Below are positions 50,576 through 62,643 of a stretch of 64,000 nt of DNA, one piece after another. Under the pieces are notes generated by a model. The model was given only the letters and a program-made list of their open reading frames with translations. It was not told the DNA's origin and ran no database searches. Location: positions 2,604,001 through 2,668,000 of the forward strand of contig OZ287068.1 of NCBI GenBank assembly GCA_965645245.1, written 5' to 3'. The DNA is from Massalongia carnosa. Lineage: Eukaryota. The position numbers were made by a program, and so were the translations under genes. Within the stretch, counting starts at the first letter, position 1; each line of letters begins with the position of its first letter.

Positions 50576-52385
50576 ATGCTGTATTTCTGGATGGGGTGTT
50601 GTCTTACCCAGGTGGTAGCGATTGCGATTGATGCTAGCAACGTTCTGGTGACGCGAGAAGCAAACTCATCGGTGTCGCCAATGGTAGCATCTCCATCCCA
50701 ATACTGGTACCTACGAAGCGTGAATGACTGACAATTCATGCTGATGGTACTTGATTCTAGGGACGGCAACGATGGGGCATGGTCCACTTTCTCCTTGCGC
50801 GTGGGAAACCCTGATCAGTATGTTCGGGCTATGGTATCGACTACTGCTCCGGAATCTCTTGTCGTACTCTCCACCGTCTGCGCTAACGCCACTGTTGAGT
50901 GCCTGACTTCTCGGGGAGGTATCTTCAATATTTCCAAATCCAAGACCTGGAACGATCAAGGCGGTTACAATCTTGGACTTTTCGAAGCAAATCTGGGATA
51001 TGGTGGTGTGGTTGCCGATTTTGGATTGGAAAAGATCGGACTGGGTCTCTCAGACACACTGGGCCCGACATTAGATTCCCAGGTAATTGCAGGCTCTGAA
51101 GCCAGCAACTACGATTTTGGATGCTTGGCCTGTCAGTACTACCTACCAACTTCACGAGCTATGCGAATCCCCAACCCAGTTTCTTCACCTATCTTCATGC
51201 CAAGGGTTTGATACCGAGTCCGTCATTGGGTTATACCGCTGGTGCAAAGTATCACAACAAGGGAGTTTTTGGAGGTTACGATGCTTCAAGACTGATCCCG
51301 AATAGCTTAAGTTTCACGTTTGCCAAAGATGTCTCCAGAGGCTTGGTAGTAGGGGTACAGTCCATCGCCTGAACCGTCTCCGACGGAACGCAATATTCGC
51401 TCCTACCGAATGGTATTTTGGCCTTTGTAGACTCTTCCCTTCCATATTTCTGGCTTCCGGTTGAAGCGTGCCGCGCATTCGAAGATGCCTTTGGTCTGGA
51501 ATGGAACGCCACTGCAGAAATGTACTTTTTGAGCGACGAGGTCCATGAGAACCTGACCAAGCGTAACCCTAGCATTGTATTTAAACTGGAAATACCGAAG
51601 ATAGTGGCCCGGTTGTGAGTATTACCCTGCCGTATGCAAGCTTCGACCTGAACGCAAGTTTTCCACTTGCTTCGAAAGAAACCCGGTATTTTCCTCTGAA
51701 GAGAGCAGCAAACGATACTCAATATATTCTTGGACGGACATTCCTACAAGAAGCGTAGGCATCCATGCACTATCCATATAATCTTCAGCTGACGGAGATC
51801 AGAGATCTCATCGCCGACTATGAAAGACAAAATTTCTCCATCTCGCAATGTACATGGGATCAAACCTCGGAGCAAACCATTATCGCCATCCCTCCAATAT
51901 CCACGACCACTACGACCACCTCAACCGAAATCCTGCCCTCCCACTACCATCCCAATATCGCCACCATAGCCGGTATAGCCGTAGCCGCAACCACCAGCCT
52001 CGCCATCACTAGCCTCATCATCTACGGCGTCGCAAAACGTAAATGGTTCTTTCCTCCTCGAAGCCAATCCCCCAGATATCTCCCCGAACTTACCGGCTCC
52101 GGCCAGCTCCAAGACCAAGAACTCGACAGCAAGGACTCCCCCTCAAAAGTCGAGCTCGCCACCCCAGACGACGGGAACACGCTCGCGACCAGTGATGGTG
52201 TCCAGCACGAAATGTCTGCGCCTGGTTCCCACCAGGTCGAAGCCCCCGGCGCGCCGGTCCTGGTAGCGTTCTTAGGCCGTATGTACGAACTCGACGGCAA
52301 CGAGCCACTGGCAGAATTGCGCACGACGCGTGAGTCCGGGGTTCCGGGGATTCAAGTTTGGAAGCCTGCAGCGGACGAGGGCTGA
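50576..52385 (+). pseudogene. Membrane-anchored pepsin-like aspartic-protease-family pseudogene
   Basis: Motifs PSQYW/DGNDGAWSTFSLRVGNP, SLGYTAGA, FGGYDASR, DSSLPYFWLP, LGRTFLQEAY and a C-terminal TM helix. Frameshifts near 51120 and 51590; in-frame TGA at 51370. Confidence 0.8.
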
Positions 52386-52703
52386 CATGTTTGGGTGTGC
52401 GCGTAGGTAGGTGGGTAGATGGGTAAGTGTGGTATGGGTGTCGGTATTAAATAATTTTCGGTCCTTTTTCAGATCTACGACGTTGTGTCTGCAAGTAGGG
52501 ATTTCGCCATCAGTGGAGGGACGAAGGGAGGCAGGAGACTTTCTTTTTTTTCATTCTGCGGAAACGAGGTCGATCGGGAGGGGGTTTTTGGATAGTTCGT
52601 TGAGCTAAAGGAGGTAAGGTGTCTATGTATGATGTATGTATGTACACGAAACGAGACGAGATGGGGTGTGAACCAAAACACAAAAGGTGGAGGGGGGAAA
52701 CCC

Positions 52704-55005
52704 CTAAAAATCCCTAACAATCCCCACTAGCTCATCCAACCTACCGACCTCGCCCCAAATCCTCTCCTCGCGCGCTTTCCACTCACCCAACGCCTTCCGC
52801 TCCCCCTCGCCCAGAAACTCCTCCTCCCTCCCCACCACATCGGTCCGGCTAGCCTTCTCGACAGTCTCGCGTACCTTTTCGCGCTCAACGCGCGCCCTTC
52901 TCACCAGCCGCGCCATGGCAGCTTGTGACTCTTCCAGCAGGCGAGCGCCCGCGCGCTCCGAGTCCCATGCCCATAGATAGAGCGTCCGGCTTGGCAGGCG
53001 GTTGGTATCGCGCGGTACCTCCTGCAGCTGGAGGTATCCTGCCTGGTGCATGGCGGTGAGCAAAGCACGCATCGTTTTCTGGTTCAGCAGTCCAAGTGCG
53101 GTAAGCGTCTTCTCGTCCAGCTTGCCGCGGGCGGCAAGGATGTTGACGAGGCGGTTGGCAAGGGGCCCGAAGCGAGTGGAGATGGTTTGGGAAAGGGCGA
53201 GCTCGCGAAGGGTGCGGGAAAGGGTGGGGAAGTCGACGGCCCATTTCTCCGGGATTGAGGAGGTGCGGGGGAGGTGATGAAGGAAGTGATGAGGGTGTTC
53301 GCAGAGGAGCAGGAGGTGTTGACGAAGAGTGGAGAAGGCGCTTCGTTTTTGGGAGGCAGACGGGAGGCGCGTGTTATCGTTCTTGGAGGGAGGGGTAAAG
53401 GAGAGAGAACTTGGAAGGGAGTCGCCATCGGAGGTGATATCGGATTTATCACTAAAGGAATGATTACTTTCCTCCTCTTCGTCAGAGCTAACGAAGTCGA
53501 CCATGGTAATTTCATTTGGGTCATCGAGCTCTGTTGACCCTTTCCTAGGAAGTTTCCTCGCATGGCCAATTATCTTAAGGTCAATCTTGTCAGGGTCGGC
53601 ATGACCAATACTGCCGGCAAAATCTGTCGAGTCTTTAAGTAGGGCTGCAAGCTCATGGGTAAACACCTGTGGAAGCTTGCTTATATCTTCATCGTCCGGA
53701 TCTTCAAAGTCCAAGGACCAATCTTTACACTGAAGTAGTTTGGGTTCAAGTTTGTGAAGTACCTCAGAATAGACCTTGGAGGTAGCTGTGCTAATGCAAT
53801 TTTCCGCAAGCTCTACAAGGCGTTGATTTCTTGCAACAACAGTGAACTTGTCATGATTGATGCGCAGTACAATATTGTCCTGGAAGGTGTTAGTAAACGT
53901 GACAATATACTCAGCGCTCAACATACATCCAAGTAGCCAGTTTCCGATAACTTCGATGGATGTTCGTATCCAGTAGTCCCAATGACGACCTTGGTAAGAG
54001 GCAAATACAGCCGCAGTCTCTTGAAATCAGGCTTTGATTCCGCATCTTCAAGTAGCCGTTTCTTACCTCGTTGAAGGCTTGCTATCTCCTCTCTTTCTCC
54101 TTTAGTACCGTGCTTCCAATCGTCGAGCTTCTGATAGATGGAGCACTTCCATTCAACCTCGCTGTCTTTCCTCACTTTGGACACGTACGCTTTAGGATTT
54201 GGGATTTCCTTCTCCGCTTCACTCCTGTTGTCGGCAGGTGAACGAAAATGCGTTTCATGAACGGGTTGTACAAGGCCGGTTTGCAGAAGGTTGCATAACG
54301 TCAAATGCAGGGTTTCGAGAGTTAGATTCCGACTTTGCCCCTCGTTTTCTGCCTTCGTCTCCGCTTCCTCAGCTGTAGCGCTAGCTGGAAAACCATGCGC
54401 AGCTTCCACTTTGCTCTTGGTATCGTTTGCTCGAGCTACTTTGTACGCCTGGGCAAGATCACCCACTCGCGCGTGCCCAAGTAGCAAGAGATTGGAAATA
54501 ATCCCAGTCGCAAACTTGCCCAAACGATCTTCAGTAAATTTAACGTACTTCCCAGCGCGCACTAATGCATATGAGGTTTCCTGGTTGGCCTCATATAGCG
54601 CAACATTGTCTTCAGCAGAGGTGGCCCAAAACACCAAATGCTGTTGTACTAAGACACTCAAGCTATGTTTGAGCTGGCGAGGAGTAAGACATGTATGATG
54701 TAGTAGCCCATGGAAAGATAGACGGCCATAGCATAGAAGCTCCTCGAACACGCGCTATTTCAGTTAGCGACTTCGTTTGCTTGAAAATTATTTCAGCACA
54801 TGCAGCGCAAAGGGTTGTGATAAAAGCGTACAATCTCATCCTAAAATGTATCTTGAAATTTACATTAGCTTAACTTACAGAAGTCAGCTCGCCATACACC
54901 TCATCAACCAGGAGGGTGCACAAGTCTGTGGCACTCTAGCAAAAGCGTCAGCCAGGGGCATCACTCAGCTGTATGAGTGAATTGATGGCAACTCACTTTG
55001 GACAT
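52704..55005 (-). CDS. RPC82: RNA polymerase III subunit RPC82/RPC3
   Basis: LCTLLVDEVYGEL, LKHSLSVLVQQHLV, LVRAGKY, LLLLGHARVGDL, GKLDEK and QLQEVPRD...RTLYLW. Confidence 0.9.
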
Positions 55006-55390
55006 ATTGGAACATTCTAGGGACTGATGATGCTAGGTTCCCCAAAGAAACGATGAATGTTACCGTCGATGATACATGAGTAGGTGCAGAGTAGAAGGAA
55101 ACAATATCAGCCAGGTGGGAAGGACTTGTTTGATTTGAATAAAGATTTTTCGAATGGATATGTTCAGGCACCTGGCATGTACTCAGGCCGACAAGTCGGC
55201 TCATATAGGAGAAAGCATGAATTGAAAGAGAATATCACATTGGTGAATGAGTTTGATAATTTGGTGGGGGATTAGTCATCGTTGGACCAATAGGAATCCA
55301 TTTCCCGACTTCAGACCTCCAAAGTTTTACTGGAAGCTCTCATCAGCTTGGTCGCTTCGCCTTTCAGTGATTATCTTTTCTTATATCGTC
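55006..55390. promoter_or_regulatory. Probable bidirectional promoter between RPC82 and QCR2
   Basis: Divergent start codons about 385 bp apart; no specific sites identified. Confidence 0.4.
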
Positions 55391-57001
55391 ATGTTCTCTC
55401 GGGTAACTCTAGGCCGCAATGCGCAGGCTACCCTTCGATGCCAATGCCATGCCAAAATAAGTAATAGACGAGGCCTTGCGGCCGCAGCTTCGGGAAGCTT
55501 CTCGTATCAGACAGGTGAAGTCGACGGCGTGAGGCTAGGAAGTCGAGATTTGCCAGGACCCACGACACATCTTGCCATTATTGCAAAAGCTGGGACAAGA
55601 TATCAGCCGCTGCCTGGCTTCTCGGATGGTCTAGAGAAGTTCGCATTCAAGGTGAGGCCAACGAAAGACCCATTGTGCAGTAGAGAGTGTTACAATCGCC
55701 ATCCTCTGAGCGTCAGACGCTGATATCAGGCACATCAAGGCCACCCACAGACGCTCTGCTTTACGAATTACCCGAGAAGCGGAGTTATTGGGGGGCGAAC
55801 TTACCGCATACCACTCGAGAGAGAACTTAGTAATCGGTGCAAAATTCCTAAGAGACGACCTACCATATTTTGTCGAATTACTAGGAGAACTGATTTCGAA
55901 AACGAAATACACGCGTAGCTCCCCCAGATAACTTGCGCTGGGCGATACGCTGATTCAATCTTCAGGCCATGAGTTTCAGGAAGAGGTTCTTCCGCTCATC
56001 AAGCTGTCTCAAAAGAATATACTTGGCAATACAGCGGAACTCGCAATCAACTCTGCGCATGGCGTTGCCTTTCATCGTGGTTTGGGGTCGCCCCTGCATC
56101 CTACTTCCTCAACGCCCTTGACGAGATATCTTGATGAAGAATACCTTGAGGCGTTTAGCAAAGTTGCCTACGCGAAGCCTAATTTCGCCGTCGTCGCCAA
56201 CGGCGCCAACCATGAGGACCTTACAAAATGGGTGGGTGAATTCTTCTCCGATTCACCGAGCTCCGTGGACCCTAAGCTTCCACCACTATACAACTCGCCG
56301 TCGAAATACCACGGTGGAGAGGAGCGCATCGCACACGATTCAGGGAACAACCTAATAATCGCATTTCCTGGATCCGGCTCGTTCACAGGAGGGGCGTTTA
56401 AACCGGAAATCCAGGTTTTGGCTGCCTTACTAGGGGGACAGTCGGCAATCAAATGGTCCTTGGGCTTTTCCCTATTATCAAAAGCCGTCGCATCCCACCC
56501 GCACGCCCACGTTACCACCTCCCACAACACATATTCCGACGCAGGCCTACTCTTGATCTCTCTCACAGGCCGCGCGGAGCATATCCGGGTCGCCAGCGAA
56601 GATATCGTCAAGACCCTCAAAGCGGTCGCTTCGGGCGAGGTCAGCAAAGAAGACATCAAGAAAGCGATCGCGGCGGCCAAATTCAGGGCGCTCGAAGCCG
56701 GCGAGAATATCGGCGCGGGGCTGGAATTGACGGGAGCAGGCCTAGTGCAGGGCGGGAAGGCGTTCCAGATCGATGAGGTGGGCAAGAGCATTGGTGCTGT
56801 GACTGAAGAGCAGGTGAAGAAGGTGAGTGAATTGTCCCTCCACCTAAACACCCTGAGTTATGATTAATGGAGAGGATCTCGTTTGCTAACTGGGAGCAAC
56901 CAAAGGCTGCAAAATCGCTCCTGGATGGCAAGGCCACGCTTTCGGCGGTGGGCGATCTGCACGTATTGCCTTTTGCGGAAGAGATAGGCTTGAAGGTTTA
57001 G
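55391..57001 (+). CDS. QCR2: Cytochrome bc1 complex core subunit 2
   Basis: Mitochondrial presequence; AKAGTRYQ, GLEKFAFK, RSALRITREAELLGG, DDLPYFVELL, LLGGQSAIKWS, YSDAGL and VGDLHVLPFAEEIGL*. Confidence 0.93.
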
Positions 57002-57998
57002 GTTTTTTGGAGAGGCAGGGAGAGGAGACTCTACGCTTCTGTTGTATTATACCGCGTACTTACCATACCATATCATATCTTCGGCAAAAATTCTAGCTCG
57101 AAACCTACAACCAGACCCGGTTTTCTCTTTTTCGTTTTTCCCCCCAGGAACCCCTACCTTGCACTACCATGCCAACTAACTATACCAGGGGCAAAAAGCC
57201 TATCCGCTCTCTCCTGCTCCCCTTTCCTCCTTCTACCCCATCCACTCCCTGCACTGGCATATATCCTTCCTCTGCCTTCCCTGCATAATTGCAACGCCTC
57301 CGTCGTCAATCTATAGGTCCAGGGGTTTATACTCGGTCTTATTTTTAAATTTGTTTCGAAAACATAAAGAAATGAACAAAAGAAGACAGAAACACGAAAA
57401 AAAAGGACCAAGACGAAGCAACGGGACGTTAGGTTCTGCTCTGTTTGGAAAATAGAGGATGGGGTTTTTCCTTTAGGTGTGTAAATACTTACAGCTAATG
57501 ATAGCTAGGGGTTTGGAAGTTGGATGTTGGATCTTGAATCTGGGTTTCTGAGGAGGGCGAGAGATATTTAGAGTTGGGTGGTTTGATTGATGGATCGATG
57601 GAGTAGTAGATTAGCTCAGTGACGGATGGAAATAGAGGAAGGATGCAGGGCGGATGAGGGTGGTGTTGATGCCTGGTCGGGGGAAATGGAAAGCAAGGGG
57701 TTTTTGAGGGGGAGGGCGGGAGGGGTGGTGGGAGTGGTGGAGTAGTCGAGGAGGGAGAAGGGAATATAGGAGTTTGGAATTGGGACGGGGACAGGAGGAT
57801 TAATAGGACACTTAAGGATCAGGGCCTATCGGTTCAAACCTTTTAGTTTTCTCAATTTCGTTTGGGAAGCTGTTCGTTGATTGTTGAACTGCACCGTCTT
57901 TGGGAGGGATTTGAGGAGAGTGTGGTCTTCATTTAAACCGCAGGCTGGGCTTGAGAGATTTTTTCCTAGCAACAATCCCATAGGCGAGCCAGTATCCA

Positions 57999-59332
57999 TC
58001 AGACGTACCCGTTTTGACCCGTGACAACTCCGTAAGCTCCTCCCCCTTTTCCAAACATAGAAACCAGGTCCTTAACAATTAGTTCCGGATGCTCATGCGT
58101 GGCAAAATGGCCTCCATGCGCATGCACACTCTGAAGAACCACATCCCCCATGCACGCTGCCCACGTCTTGGGTGAATAACAGATGTCCCGGGGAAAGTAT
58201 GCCATTCCCTGCTTCACTTTTGGGATGTAACTCTCCGATATCATCCGGGTGATTCCTCCGCCACTAGCAGGGGTATGTTGCGCCTCATAGTAGATTTGCA
58301 GGCTTGCCTCCGGGCCGGCGGTGGAAAACTGGTAGATGGAAACCCATTCAAGAATCTCATCGTCAGTCCATGCGTAGTCGTCCGTCCAGTCGTGCAGTTT
58401 TTCGTAGATCCAAGCAAGGAGCCCGACGGGGCTGTCCGCCAGAAGGTAGCCTAGAGTTTGTGGCTTGGTGGTCTGAAGGGCCGCGTAGCCTCTACCTTCG
58501 TCTGCGAACCATTTTGCGCGAGCAAAGCCTTTCTTGTCGCGGTCGGAATACGGAGTGAATAGGTTCTGCAAGGCGAGGATCGGATTTTGGAGAAAGCTGG
58601 GGGGACTGGTGTGGATAAAGTTGATGTGGTTTGCTTTGCAGTGCTCGGGGTACAGCAGACCTATGGCTCTGGTGATCCTAAAGCTGCAAGTGGATTAGTA
58701 TCCGGCGATTTTCGCAGGAATAAATTAGATCTCATACCCCAAATCCCCTCCTTGCGTTACATACTCGATGTACCCAAGCTTCTGCATCAGCACATGGCAT
58801 GTCTCGGCATACTGCTTGAGACCAAAGCCTCGTTTTTTCAAGCCATCTGAGAATCCAAAATTCGGAATTGACGGCGCTACAACATGAAAGGCAGGCGCTT
58901 CCTTGCCGTCACCTTCGCAGAGGAGAGGAAGTAACTTTCTAACCTCCAAAAAACTGCCAGGCCCTTTGCATGACGAGTCAGATTTGAGTCTCTCGTAAGT
59001 AACATAAACTCACAGCCATGGACGAAAAGGAGCGGGATGGCTTCCTTAACGCCACTCTTCTGATGCACGAAATGGATTCTTAGCGGTTCAAACCCTGGAA
59101 CTTGTATGGTTGTCCTAAATTGCGGAAGTTCGTTGATTTTGGCTTCAGTTTTTCTCCAGTCAAACCCATTGGCCCAGTACGTAGCCAAACGTTTGATATC
59201 CGCAAGTGGGGAGCCTAAGTCCCATTTTGCGTCTTCCAATTCCCGTGGGAATCTGGTTAACGAAAGGCGTTGTTTTAGCTCGACGAGCTGGCTTTCAGAA
59301 ATATCTACTTTGTATGATTCAATATCTGCCAT
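57999..59332 (-). CDS. Microsomal-type epoxide hydrolase
   Basis: [25 protein letters not shown] (spliced), [16 protein letters not shown] nucleophile motif, [13 protein letters not shown] and GGHFA. Confidence 0.92.
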
Positions 59333-59936
59333 CACAGTCAGAATCGCTGTTGATGCTGAATGAAGGGATAATAGGATCCACGCATACCAACAATAGGTTC
59401 AAAGCTTCAGCGCATCGATTGATTTGTAATACAGAGTACATATTTGCCTCAGTACCTCAGACGTGCTCGGCTAAGCCCCTTCGGGTTAACATGCCTGAAT
59501 GCGAAACTTTCCCATGCTGACTTCGTCACGTTTCCGACATGCACTTCCGCAATGCTATTATCTTCTGACTCGGAAGACTAGTTCTTCCCGTCCCGGTTTG
59601 ATCTCATAAAACGTTAGCTTGCTTGTCAGCTGTTCATCTTAACGTCTTCAGCCTGCTAACTGGCAGGTGACCATAACTAATATGTTATTGGTTTTTTCGT
59701 TGTAAATCTCAACGTTTCATGTTTATAATATGTAAAAGTAGTTTTACATTCGTTTTGTTACTATCGTTACACCAAAACTATGCGAATTGATATCTGATTG
59801 TAAAATATCCGATCGACTCAGACGTGCTACCCGTTCACCCCTTTTGCATAAGCGCTAAACTCGGCCGCTAAATTAACTTCACTGATTACTAATCAAATTC
59901 AATTGTGACAATAACGAAAGAAAAACAGTTACATGG

Positions 59937-61230
59937 CACGCGGGTGAAAAAAAAAAGGGCAAGTGTGAGCCGAAATTCCCCCACCAAAACTTACCCTTTT
60001 CTTCCCTTTTTTCTTCCCCATCTTCTTCCCCATTCAACATTTCAATTCGTATGACCATTGAAATTCTACATACATTCTATTCAGTAGCCAGTCATCGCCC
60101 CCTCAGCCCTAATTACCTCTTCCAATCGTTTGGGCATTGATCGAACTCTTTCATTGATGAATTCCTGCGTCACCCGTTCCCATCTATCCCTAATCAGCTG
60201 CTTCAAGCTGACATCGTCCCAATGAGGATACTTTCGAACATGCTGCTTCGCTGGCTGCCAGCAATTTTCTATAGGGGACAAATCAGGTGATGAGGCACAA
60301 TTGAAATAATGCTCTAAATGATGATCTTCCTTCCATTTCTTGACGGCATTTCTTGTCTTGCCCGAGCCATGACCAGAGTCTTCATCTTCAAGTACGAAGT
60401 CATCCCACCGCTCCAGCCAGGGCTTGACGACGGGGTCAAGAACGGATTCAATATACACCTGATGAGTCATTTTACCATTGCTATTGCCCGGCACATCATA
60501 AAAGATAATATCCGACTTGAAATTGTAGCCAATTGCAGCCCAGCAATGTTTTCGTTTTCGATCTTTCTCAGGAGGCGGGTCACGATGCTGTATGCAATCC
60601 CAACGATATCGTGCTCCGGGCTGACGAATGATTCGTAACTGTCCTTCCGGCCCATATCCAAAATGAATCTCATCACTAAATCGTACGCGATCCCATTGCT
60701 CCGGTTTGGGATATCTAGTCAGCATCATGTGAGCAAATTCGACCCGTCTTTCCATAGGTGGGTCGGCCAGCCATCCCTTGACGCAGGCCAGACATTTCTC
60801 ATAGTTTAGAGCAGCCGACATAACATTTTGCATTGTACGACCGACAACGTCGGCCCCAATCTCCATAGCCAATTGTTCCCATGTGTATCGTTTTCCTTCC
60901 AACTGTAGCCCCTCATCTTGTAGAAAGTGATCTGCCTCCTGTATTTGTGCTTCCGTGACTTTTGATTTGCGACCGCGTGTCTCAACGAGCGTTGAATGAT
61001 GTCTTCTTCTAGAAGATGATCCGTTTCGAATGATCTTATAGCCCTGTCTCTCGCTTCGAATGCCAAAATGCTGAAAAATCTCTCGAGGATCGCTGGAAAT
61101 GCCTTTTGCAAGAAGAAATTCATAAGCTCCCTGCACCTTGGCCTTTTGAGGTGTATCGTAGTGGGATAGCATTTGTAAGTTTTGGTGGGGAAGTTTCGGC
61201 TCACCTTGCCCATTTTTTTTCACCCGCGTG
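59937..61230 (-). mobile_element. Tc1/IS630-like DNA transposon 1 with ~57-bp TIRs, flanked by CATGG direct repeats
   Basis: TIR CACGCGGGTGAAAAAAAA.GGGCAAG.GTGAGCCGAAA.TTCCCCACCAAAACTTAC at both ends; CATGG at 59932-59936 and 61231-61235. Confidence 0.92.
60081..61172 (-). CDS. DDE transposase, Tc1/IS630 superfamily (D38E spacing), uninterrupted
   Basis: VRFSDEIHF, CWAAIGY, LEDEDSGH and SPDLSPIENCW. The first ATG inside the element is at 61172. Confidence 0.9.
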   Translation of the reverse strand: MLSHYDTPQKAKVQGAYEFLLAKGISSDPREIFQHFGIRSERQGYKIIRNGSSSRRRHHSTLVETRGRKSKVTEAQIQEADHFLQDEGLQLEGKRYTWEQLAMEIGADVVGRTMQNVMSAALNYEKCLACVKGWLADPPMERRVEFAHMMLTRYPKPEQWDRVRFSDEIHFGYGPEGQLRIIRQPGARYRWDCIQHRDPPPEKDRKRKHCWAAIGYNFKSDIIFYDVPGNSNGKMTHQVYIESVLDPVVKPWLERWDDFVLEDEDSGHGSGKTRNAVKKWKEDHHLEHYFNCASSPDLSPIENCWQPAKQHVRKYPHWDDVSLKQLIRDRWERVTQEFINERVRSMPKRLEEVIRAEGAMTGY

Positions 61231-61304
61231 CATGGTTTTTTTACTTGATGCAAAAAGTAACCGTCGCATTCACGTTAGTCAGCTGCGACGCTAATCCGAA
61301 GGGG

Positions 61305-62643
61305 CACGCGGGTGACAAAAAAAATTTTACTCACAAATTTGGGACGCCACCAAACCATCGAATTTTGACCCCTATTTGCATCGTGGCACCACACTATTAT
61401 TATTGCTACTCCTACTACTATCAATAACCTTTCATTGCACCGTCACCGTCTATCACCGCTTGCAGCCGTTTCGGCATCTCAGCCACCTTGCTATTGATGA
61501 AATTTTGCGAAACCGTGGCCCACCCCTCATGAATCAGTCCTACCGTGGTGGCCTCATCCCAATGAGGGAATTTGCGAATATACTGCTTGGGTGGCTGCCA
61601 GCAATTTTCAATAGGTGAGAGATCAGGAGACGAAGCACAGTTGAAATAGCTTTTCAACCCATTTTCTTCCTTCCATTTGCGTACGATATTGTTTTTACTA
61701 GTACCATGCCCTGAATCACCATCTTCTTCCAGACAGAAATCATCACCTCTGTCAAGCCACGGCTTGACGACGGGCTTCAAAATCTGATCAATATAGACCC
61801 TTTGACTCCTCTTTCCATTAGTGTTGCCCGGAACGTCGTATAAACGAATGTCTGACTTGAAATTGTGGCCCACCGCAGCCCAAGCATGCTTTTTTTTCAA
61901 GTCTTTTTCAGTTGATTCGTTCGTTTCTTGAAGACAATCTTGACAGTATCGTTGACCCGGCTTGCGAATGATGCGAATTTTCCCCTGAGGCCCATAGCTA
62001 TAATGCACCTCATCGCTGAATCGTACAGAAAACCAGTCTTCATCATCAGGATATCTTTCTTTCATGACGATAGCCCATTCAAAACGACGTTTAGCCGTCG
62101 ATTCGCTGACCCAGCCCTTTCTACATGCAATGCATTTCTGATAATTCATCGTACCCATAACTCTCTGAATTGTACGACCACTGCACTCCAGTCCCACCTC
62201 GTAGCCCAATTGAACCTACGTTAACCCGAGAGCCTCCATGCCTTCTGTCTCCAAAATACGCTCCATCTCTCGTATGTGTCTCGGGGTCACAATTGAATGA
62301 CGTCCACGTGTTTCAGGAACGTCGGCATTGTGTCTAGTACGACTGAAATTTTCTGTTGTCAACATTTTCCAGCCAGTTTGTTTTGAAGTGGCGAAAACAC
62401 GAAAAAGATCTTCTTTGAAATAAGGAATCTTCATCGCATCGCAAAACTCCACTGCACCCTGAATTTTGGCCCGTGTGGGGGTAGGATGATGGGTCTGAGC
62501 CTCATGCGACTCCAAAACAGGTGTGGTAGCTTTATTCATGGCTAAATGATGGTGTATAAAATGTGGTGGTTGAAAAGGGGTTAAAATTTGATGGTTTGGT
62601 GGGGTCAGAATTTGTGAGTAAAATTTTTTTTGTCACCCGCGTG
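61305..62643 (-). mobile_element. Tc1/IS630-like DNA transposon 2 with ~68-bp TIRs, flanked by GGGG
   Basis: TIR CACGCGGGTGACAAAAAAAATTTTACTCACAAATT...CCACCAAACCATC at both ends; GGGG at 61301-61304 and 62644-62647. Confidence 0.92.
61421..62539 (-). pseudogene. DDE transposase (D37E) interrupted by one in-frame TAG
   Basis: ORFs 62539-62216 and 62209-61421 are in the same frame. LT*VQL corresponds to YTWEQL in transposase 1 (TGG>TAG at 62216-62218). Confidence 0.88.

Noticed and set aside
61173..61253. N-terminal 27 aa of the 390-aa transposase ORF
   Set aside because: Starts outside the element and reads through the TIR; the ATG at 61172 is more plausible.
59937..62643. Transib/RAG-like assignment from CAC termini and a 5-bp duplication
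   Set aside because: The encoded proteins carry Tc1/IS630 motifs, not Transib/RAG1 motifs.
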